Source: Reclinomonas americana ATCC 50394 (Eukaryota). From it: DNA of 44,743 nucleotides. Position 1 is the first letter of the stretch. Every line of letters begins with the position of its first letter. Below the pieces are notes generated by a model. The model was not told the origin of the DNA. It saw only the letters and a list, made by a program, of their open reading frames with translations, and ran no database searches. The DNA is taken from positions 1-44,743 of the forward strand of contig PS015021.1 of assembly GCA_048213135.1 (NCBI GenBank), given 5' to 3'. The translations under genes were made by a program, and so were the position numbers. This document shows positions 37,001-44,743 of the stretch, in pieces.

Positions 37001-40000
37001 GAATTCCATTACGCTGACCTCGTACAACCTGACCGGCTACGCTCTCAACACGTGGACCATCAGCGGCGACGCGTCGACGCAAGCGCGCGTCCTCAATGTG
37101 AATGCCAAGAGCATTCTGGTCAAGTCGCTGGACGATGCGGGCTCCGGAACTGCGTCCATCACCTTCCAGCACGGCTCGTCGGTTGCACCCGCCGTGTTCA
37201 CCATGACCACGAATCGCATTCTGCTCAACAACGGACCCAACGACGTGATTTTCGACATGGATTCGCGCGCAGCCACTCGCTACATGCGCCTCACGGCCGC
37301 CAATGTCGTGATTGACTCGACCGCCACGGGTGGCACGGTCAATATGGACGCCGCGGTTTCTATCTCGATTGGCACGTCCACGCTCTCCTCCATCATCATT
37401 GGTCAACCGGCGCCGACGCTGGCCATCTCCGGCAGTCAGCTCACCATGACCATGTCGAATAGTGCGCTGGTGAACACGCTGACGTTGCCGAATCTGGCCA
37501 TCAACGCCACCACCGGCATCAGCATTCAGTCTGGTCCCTTCTTGCTGAACCTCAACGGTGGCGCCGCCGTCGGCTCCTTTACTGGTTTCCGCTACAATTT
37601 CACGCCGTCGGAGCTGCTGTTGCAGTCGACCTCGGTGCTGACGCTCGGCGTGGCCACCACGGCCATTACGGAGCGTGGTGCCTCGATTGACTCGCGCATC
37701 TTTGGCACGGTGACCATGGAGGCCGCCACATTCATCATTGGCTACGTGCGTACCCACTTTCTATAATTACTTGTCTTTGCGTGTGTTCTCATTTCTCTGC
37801 AAACAGACGTCGACGGCGGCACCGACGGTGGATCCACCGACGACCCGCATCACGCTGCAGACAGTGGTGGCAACCAACAACTTTATTCAGCTGGATTCGG
37901 CCGGTCTGCGCCTGTTCTCGCGTGACGTGGTCACCGTGTCCACCAATGTCGGAGGTGAAATCGACACCATCGATGTGCTCGGTCGCAGTATCAGCGTCAC
38001 CTCGTCCGGTGCCTCCAGTGGCACCATCTCGCTGGCCATTGCTTCCGGTGCCGCCAGCGCCATTACGAGCAAGGCCGTGTTTGGCGCCTCGTACGGCCTG
38101 CTGTCGGCGACGTCGGGCAGCGGCACCACGCAGCTAGATCTGGGGTTCACCACTCTCGGCCGCGCCGCGCTCACCGCCCCCATCTTTGTGGTCGGTGCCA
38201 GTGGCACGACGCAGGGCTTTATCGACGCGACGGCGTTGCAGATTGGCGCCACTTCGGGTGTCACGCAAGCCATTACTCTCGGCACGGCCACGGTCGGCAC
38301 TGTCAATGGGCCGTCGGTGGGCATTCTCGGCAAGACGATTGCCATTGCGGCTGACCTGACACCGGGCACCAATGGTGCACCGAGTCTCTCGCTGCGCGGT
38401 GACTACACGACGCTCACGTCGCTCGCGTACGACGTGGTGGCCACGAACACGTTCACACTGGCGACGTTGCGTGCGCGATGATGATAGTCGTAGCAGTGGA
38501 GAAAGAAGGTTTTTTTTGTTCGCGATGCTCACTTGTTTTTTCCCGCACGCAGTGGAGTGGCCACGGTGACGGGCACGACGCACACTCACACACCTGTGAA
38601 TCTCACACTCGGTAACGAGGCCGGTTTCCTCACACTGGGCGCCTACACGGCCACTGGTACCACCATTATCGTGAACGGACGGCAGCAGACATCGAATCTG
38701 CGCGGTCCGTACGTGCTGCAGGCTACGGTTGCGTCAAAAATACTAGTTCTTCACGGACTTGTAGAAACGCCTGTTGCTAAACTCCCTCTCTCCGTCTTTT
38801 GCAGCAATTCACTCTGAACAAGGGCGACGGTACCACTGTCATGGATGTGCAGGTCTCTGGCGGCTCGACGATTTACACGTCCACTGGCGACCAGTATCGC
38901 GTGCGAGCGACGGCGTTGTTTGATGTGTCGGCCGACGGCACCAATCCGGTGACCACGGCCTCCATCACGAGTGCCACCACCTTGTTGTACTCGACGACCC
39001 TCGTGGACATGCGGTCGCGCCAGAACGGCACCAATTATGCGCAACTGACGTTGGCCACACTGAATGACCAGGCCTCGCTGAGCCGCTTCAGCAGCACCGG
39101 CAGCAACGGAAACATCAGTGTGACGCTGGGCGCCGTCGGCACCACCACCATCAAGAACTCGCTGACCATGATTTCGCCCGAGGTGGCGATCAGTGCGTCG
39201 TCGCGTGTGGGTGTGACTGTGGCCGGCAATCAGCTGCTGCTGATGACCTCCACCGGCGCGGCGAGCACCTTTACCATTGGCGACGGCACCACCACCTCGC
39301 TGCAATTTGCCGTGGTCAACACGTCAGTGTTGGGACCGATCAGCTTTGCCGGCAGTGTGTCGATTGCCACGCCGGGCACGCTCTCGGTGGCAAGTGGAGC
39401 AACGACGCTTGGCGGCACGTTGGCGGTGACCGGCGCCACCACCCTCTCGTCGACCCTGGCCGTCACTGGCAACTCGAGCTTGACGGGCACGCTGGGTGTG
39501 ACGGGAGCCACGACATTGAACAACTCGCTGGCCGTCACAGGCGCCACCACTCTCAACAGCACGCTGAGTGTGGCTGGACTGGCGACATTTGCCGGCGGTG
39601 TGACGCTGCCCGCAACGGCGGCCTTCACCATCAATGGTGGTCCCGCGTCGCTCGGCAGCACGCTGGATGTGGCAGGCGTGGCCACGTTCAACAACAATGT
39701 GTCAGTCACTGGCGCTCGCACGCTGACAGTCGGCACCGGCAGTACCACTCTCGGCGGCGGTGTCACCGTCACAGGCTTGTCGCTGTTCACCGGCAATGTC
39801 ACGGTGACGGGCACCAACTCGCTGGAGGTGACTGGTGGCAATACCACCCTTGGCGGCATGCTGTCGGTGGCTGCGGCCACGTCGCTCGGATCGACGCTCA
39901 CGGTGACCGGTGTGAGCACGTTTAACAATGATGTGAGTTAGTGGTGCGATGGGGTGGGGAGAGAAGGGGCAAGGGGTGGTTGGGGTAGGCAAGGCACTTC

Positions 40001-43000
40001 TGTCGCATGATTCTCACGGTTTTTTTGTTTTGTCGTTCTCCCCCTCTCCAGGTCTCCATCACTGCGGCGCGCACCTTTACCACCGGCACAGGTCGCACGC
40101 TGATCAATGGCGCACTCACTGTGACGGGCATCTCCACATTCAATGGAGACGTTTTGCTGAACACGACCAATCTCACCCTGTCGTCGGGCAACGCGACGGT
40201 GGGCGGCAATTTGGCGGTGACCGGCACGTCGACTCTCACGGGCGACATTACGGGTGGAGCCAAGTTGACGGTGGCGAGCGATGTGCGGGTGACAACCGGT
40301 ACGCTGACGGTCGCCGCCGGCGCTGTTTCCTTTGGCAACACCATGGCTGTCACGGGTGCGACGACGCTGTCGAGCACGCTGGATGTGACGGGTGGATCGA
40401 CGTTGCGCAGCTCGGTCAACATTGTCGGCGCCACCAGCAACCTCACCGTCGGCAACGACACCACCGTCTCTGGCGCCCTCAGTGTCACCGGCATCACCAA
40501 GCTGAATGGTGCAGTGACGGTCAACGGTGCCACGCTGGTGAACAACAACATGACGTTCTCGGGTGCTTTCGGCATCTCCACCGGCACCGGCAGTGTCTCG
40601 ATTGGCGGCAACCTGACCGTGAGCGGGCTCTCCAACTTGAACGGCGGCCTGAATGTGGCGGGCGGCGGCGGACTGTCCATCACGGGAGCGCTGTCGGTCA
40701 GTGGTGCGGCGACCTTTAGCGGCGCCACCACCATGGCGCAGCCGTTGACGGTGAACAACAACGTGACCGTCAGCAGCCCGAACACGCTGACGATCGGCAC
40801 CGGCGCTGGAGGTAGTCTCGTGGTGAACGGCACCAGCAGTCTGACGGGCAATGCCACTCTTGGCGGCACGCTGAGCGTTACCGGTGCAACGACGTTGAGC
40901 AGCACGCTGGCGGTGACGGGAAACACCACAGTCAGCGGCACATTTTCGGTGGCCGGTACCTCCACCACCAAGGCCATCAACATGGTGGGTGCGAATCTGT
41001 CGCTCGACACGGGTAACGTGTCGATCGGCGGCACTCTGTCGGTGGGCGGCACGTCGACGTTCACCGGCAATGTCGCCGGTTCGGGAACGCTGACTGTCAC
41101 TGGCAACACGCAAGTGAGCACCGGCTCGCTGTCGGTGGTGTCTGGAATCGTGCAGTTTGGCTCGACACTGTCAGTGGCCGGCGCTTCCACGTTCTCCAGC
41201 ACCATTGATGTGACGGGGACGTCGTCGCTGCGCAGCTCGGTCAGCATCATCGGAGGCACCAGTAACCTGTCGGTGGGCGGCAACTTGACTGTCGGCGGCA
41301 CGTTCAATCTCACTGGCGCCGCCACGTTTAGTGGCGCACTGAGCACCGGCAACCTGTCGGTGGTGGGCACCCTGGCGGTGTCCGCTGTGAGTACTTTTAA
41401 CGGCAATGTGAGCCTCGTGGGCACGAGTCTCAATCTGGACACGGGCAACATTCGCGCCGGTGGCACACTGAGCATTGGCGGTGCGTCGACCTTTGCCGCG
41501 GTGTCCGCCAGTGGCAACACGTCTGTCGGCGGCACGTTGGCGGTGACGGGTGCTACGACCATGAGCAGCACGCTGTCGGTGGCCGGCGCCTCCACCTTCT
41601 CCAGCTCCATTGACGTCACCGGCACGTCGTCCCTGCGCAGTACCGTGAGCATCATTGGTGCCACCAGCAACTTGGCAGTCGGCGGCAATCTGACCGTGAG
41701 CGGCACCTCCAACATTACTGGCGCCGCCTCGTTTGGCGGCTCACTGACCACCGTAGGCAACGTGTCGGTGGGTGGCACGCTGGTGGTGACTGGTGTGAGC
41801 ACTTTTAACGGCAATGTGAGCCTCGTGGGCACGAGTCTCAATCTGGACACGGGCAACATTCGCGCCGGCGGCACACTGAGTATTGGTGGCGCGTCGACGT
41901 TTGCTGGCGTGGCCGCCAGCGGCAACATGACGGTGGGTGGTTCGTTGGCGGTAACCGGTGCCACCACCATGAGCAGCACGCTTTCTGTTGGCGCCGCCTC
42001 GACCTTCTCCAGCAGCATCGATGTGACGGGCTCGTCGACGCTGCGCAGCTCGGTGAGTGTGCTGGGTGCGGCGAGCAACTTGTCAGTGGGCGGCAACACC
42101 ACCCTCACTGGCACGCTCGGCGTCACCGGTGCGAGCACCATTGGCGCACTGACGGTGAATGGCGCCACGCTGATGAACAACTCGATGGTGTTTGCCAACA
42201 CATTCGGCATCTCCACCGGCACTGGCGGCAACGTGTCCATTGGTGGTAACTTGACGGTGGCGGGCACGGCGCAGGTCACTGGAGGACTCTCGATCTCCAG
42301 CTTCACCGTGTCGGGTGCCACCAGCTTCACCGGTGCTGTGACCTTGACGCAGCCGCTTTCCGTCTCCGCCGATGTGACGGTGACCGGTGCCACCAGCACA
42401 CTGACGGTCGGCAGTACGAGCGCGCTCTCCGTCAATGGTGTCGCCACGTTTACGAATACGGCCAATCTGAATGGAGCCGTCAGTCTCGGCAGCACGCTGA
42501 CAGTGACGGGCATTAGTACTCTGAACGGCGCCACCACCATCAACAACACGCTGAGTGTCGGCAACACAGCCACACTCAGCGGCGCTGTCAACGCCTTGAG
42601 TACGCTGGCGGTGACGAGCACGGCCACGCTCAACGGTGCCACCACCATCAACAACACGCTGACAGTGAGTGGCACGACCACGCTGAACGGCGCTCTCAAC
42701 GCCACCAACGCGGTAACGGCGAATTCTCTGACGGTCACCAATGCCGCCAATCTCAACGGTGCCGTCACGGCCGCCACCACATTCACGGTGACTGGTGTGG
42801 CGACGCTGAACGGTGCCACCACGGTGAACAACACGCTGACAGTAGGCAACACGGTCACGCTGAACGGCGCAGTAACGGCGAATTCACTGACGGTCACCAA
42901 CGCCGCCAATCTCAACGGCGCCGTCACCGCCGCCACCACGGTCACGGTCACGGGTGTGGCGACACTGAACGGCGCCACGTCGGTGAACAACTCACTGGCG

Positions 43001-44261
43001 GTGAGCGGCACGGCCAACTTGAACGGTGCCGTCAACATTGGCAGCACGCTGACGGTGAATGCGGCGGCGACCTTTAATCAAAATGTGGTCATTGCCTCGC
43101 CGCGAACGCTGACGGTGAGCGGTGTGACGACGGTGGCGGCCGATTTGTCAGTCACCAGTGGAAATCTGCTGGTCACCGCCGGCAATTTGCGCATCACTCC
43201 GAGCGGCGGCGCCGACAATGGCCAGATTTGGCTCAAGTACAACGCCAACAGCATCGCCACGCCGGCGCCGGGTGTTGGCTGGACGGCGATGTTCTTCCAG
43301 AGGAACAGCGGAACAGAAAAGGTGAGAGGGATGCTGGGAGAAGAGTGGAAGGGGGAAGGGGGAAGAGGAGGGGCCGAAAAATAACAGATGGGCAGGACAA
43401 AGGGAAGGGAAGGGAAAGAAGTAGGGATAGGAAGGAATGGGACGGGAAATCAAGAGGAGAAACAGGGAAGAGGGAAGGAGGGTGGGGTGATGGAGAAGGA
43501 AAGGAGGAGGAAGAGTGAGGGACGAGAAAGAAAAAGAACAGATGGGAAGGAAAGACTAGGAAACGAAGAGGTAAAAGGGATGGAGGGAATTTGAAAGACA
43601 TGGTAGGTGAAGACAAGGGAGAGAAAGCGAATGTTGTTTGCTTCACAGAGACAAAAAGAGACGGAGTTTTGTGTGCACTGAATCATTTTCTGGTTTCTGT
43701 TGTGTTCTCACTCTTTTGCCTTTGCTTTGTGACTTGCAGTTGCACTTTGTCAACTCGAGTGGCACGCTGATGTTCTACGACACGCCATCGACGTCCGACG
43801 GTCGCTTCAAGACGGACCTGCAGCAGTTGGGCGTGCGAGTGACGGACCGACTGCGCTCGGTGCACTCGTACAAGTTCAAGTGGGCGGAGAACGCGGCCGA
43901 CCTTGGCATCACGCCGGGTGCGCCCGAGTACGGCCTGATTGCGCAGCACTTGGAGGATGCGTTCCCGGAGCTGTCGGACACCAACGGCGTGGTGACGTAT
44001 TCGGTGGACGGCAAGAAGCGTCCGTTCCGCATGATCCGCACGCAGGCGGTGGCGTCGCTGCTGATTGATGCGGTGAACGAGCACACGGAGGAGCTGGAGG
44101 TGGAGAGGAAGGCGCGCGAGGAGGAGAGGAAGGAGCGCGTTCGTCTCGAGGCGCGGGTACAGGAGCAGGAGGCTCGACTGCGGCAACAGGAGAGCATGTT
44201 GGAGTTGCTCATGTCGCGTCTGCAGGCGCTGGAGCAGCAGCTGCAGGCGCGAGTGGAGTAA
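23833..44261 (+). CDS. Giant (~5,300 aa, 33 exons) type II membrane protein: Pro-rich cytoplasmic N-terminus, one TM helix, very long Gly/Thr/Ser/Val beta-repeat fibre, C-terminal Peptidase_S74-like intramolecular chaperone and coiled coil
   Basis: 32 GT-AG introns join all + strand ORF pieces in phase from ATG 23833 to TAA 44261. TM segment LWIVAGFHVVLFYLIAGMVF at ~25975-26035. LxVTGATTLxxTLxV repeats at 39350-43200. Last exon (43740-44261) has SDGRFK..YKFKW..YGLIAQ..FPEL and then a heptad coil. The length includes an estimated N gap in exon 2. Confidence 0.85.
24457..24540 (+). pseudogene. Inverted duplicate fragment of the neighbouring lectin exon, inside intron 1 of the giant gene
   Basis: Encodes VKVYKACGGWAVDLACHTGGNIFILSAV versus VKIYEACGGWAVDLDCRTGGNIFILSAV on the minus strand at ~22917-23000. 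Confidence 0.75.
25511..25680 (+). repeat. Coding (CAGCAC)n Gln-His microsatellite spanning a gap
   Basis: CAGCACCAGCACCAGC precedes and ACCAGCACCAGCAGCAC follows the N run at 25527-25664. Confidence 0.75.
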
Positions 44262-44451
44262 TTCTGGGTTAATTTTTTCTAATGGAATTGTTTATGGAGG
44301 GAGGGGGGAAAGGGGAAAATGAAAACTGTTTGTTGTTGTTTGAAACTCTATACATTTGGTGTTTTTTTCTTCCTTGTGCGTTTTACGAGAGACGCCAGAG
44401 AAGCGAGCGGAGACAGAAAGAAAGGTAGCAGGAGGCGGCACAGGAGGTGTC

Positions 44452-44560
44452 TCACGTGCCCACATTTCGCAGCGCCGCCAGACGACGTGAGAGTTCGTCT
44501 TCCTCGCCGGCGGCGGCCTCGGAGGCCGCGGCTCGGGAGCCCGAGGCGATTGCACCGGAA
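44452..44560 (-). CDS. CHMP1: Terminal exon of ESCRT-III CHMP1/Did2-like gene (5' part lies outside the window)
   Basis: A polypyrimidine/TTGCAG acceptor is followed by ...EEDELSRRLAALRNVGT-stop, the MIM1 C-terminus typical of CHMP1/Did2. Confidence 0.72.
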
Positions 44561-44659
44561 CTGCAAGAGAGGGAAGGGGCGGGAAGGGGTGGGAAGGGGA
44601 AGGGAGGGAGATGGAGAGAGAGAGAGAGAGAGAGAAGAGGAGGAGACAAGAGAGAGAGA

Positions 44660-44690
<31 letters not shown>

Positions 44691-44693
44691 GAG

Positions 44694-44743
<50 letters not shown>

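Noticed and set aside
39922-43047. 1041-aa minus-strand ORF and the other long antisense ORFs over the fibre gene
   Set aside because: These are shadows of GC-rich Thr/Gly/Val codons. Splice signals and domain motifs are all on the plus strand.
23833-44261. Prophage or endogenous giant-virus insertion as the explanation for the tail-fibre-like gene
   Set aside because: It has 32 host-style spliceosomal introns and eukaryotic neighbours. No capsid, integrase, polymerase or terminal repeats are visible in the window.
1-44743. Alternative genetic code or non-GT-AG introns
   Set aside because: TAA, TAG and TGA all terminate modelled genes, and every frame break is resolved with GT-AG introns.

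Overview
Gene-dense, intron-rich, microsatellite-laden (GA/CT, CA/GT) eukaryotic contig with several N gaps, probably from a protist; standard genetic code. Splicing the exons by hand gives 11 protein genes: a tandem-TerD protein ending in a CaaX box, a METTL21-type methyltransferase, a signal-anchored TPR protein, a triple calcyphosin-like EF-hand protein, ESCRT-III CHMP6/Vps20, an RlmL/THUMP-type RNA methyltransferase, a WD40 protein, an Nfa1/myohemerythrin-like hemerythrin, a divergent SUEL-type lectin, a ~5,300-aa giant protein, and the last exon of an ESCRT-III CHMP1/Did2 gene. Three things stand out. (1) The giant 33-exon gene (23833-44261) encodes a type II membrane-anchored protein resembling a phage tail fibre, ending in a Peptidase_S74-type autocleaving chaperone. 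(2) About a third of the introns (25 of 73 modelled) use a one-base-shifted donor, mostly GTTGCGT. (3) The TerD gene appears to need a 1-nt exon. All gene models are manual and have no transcript support.
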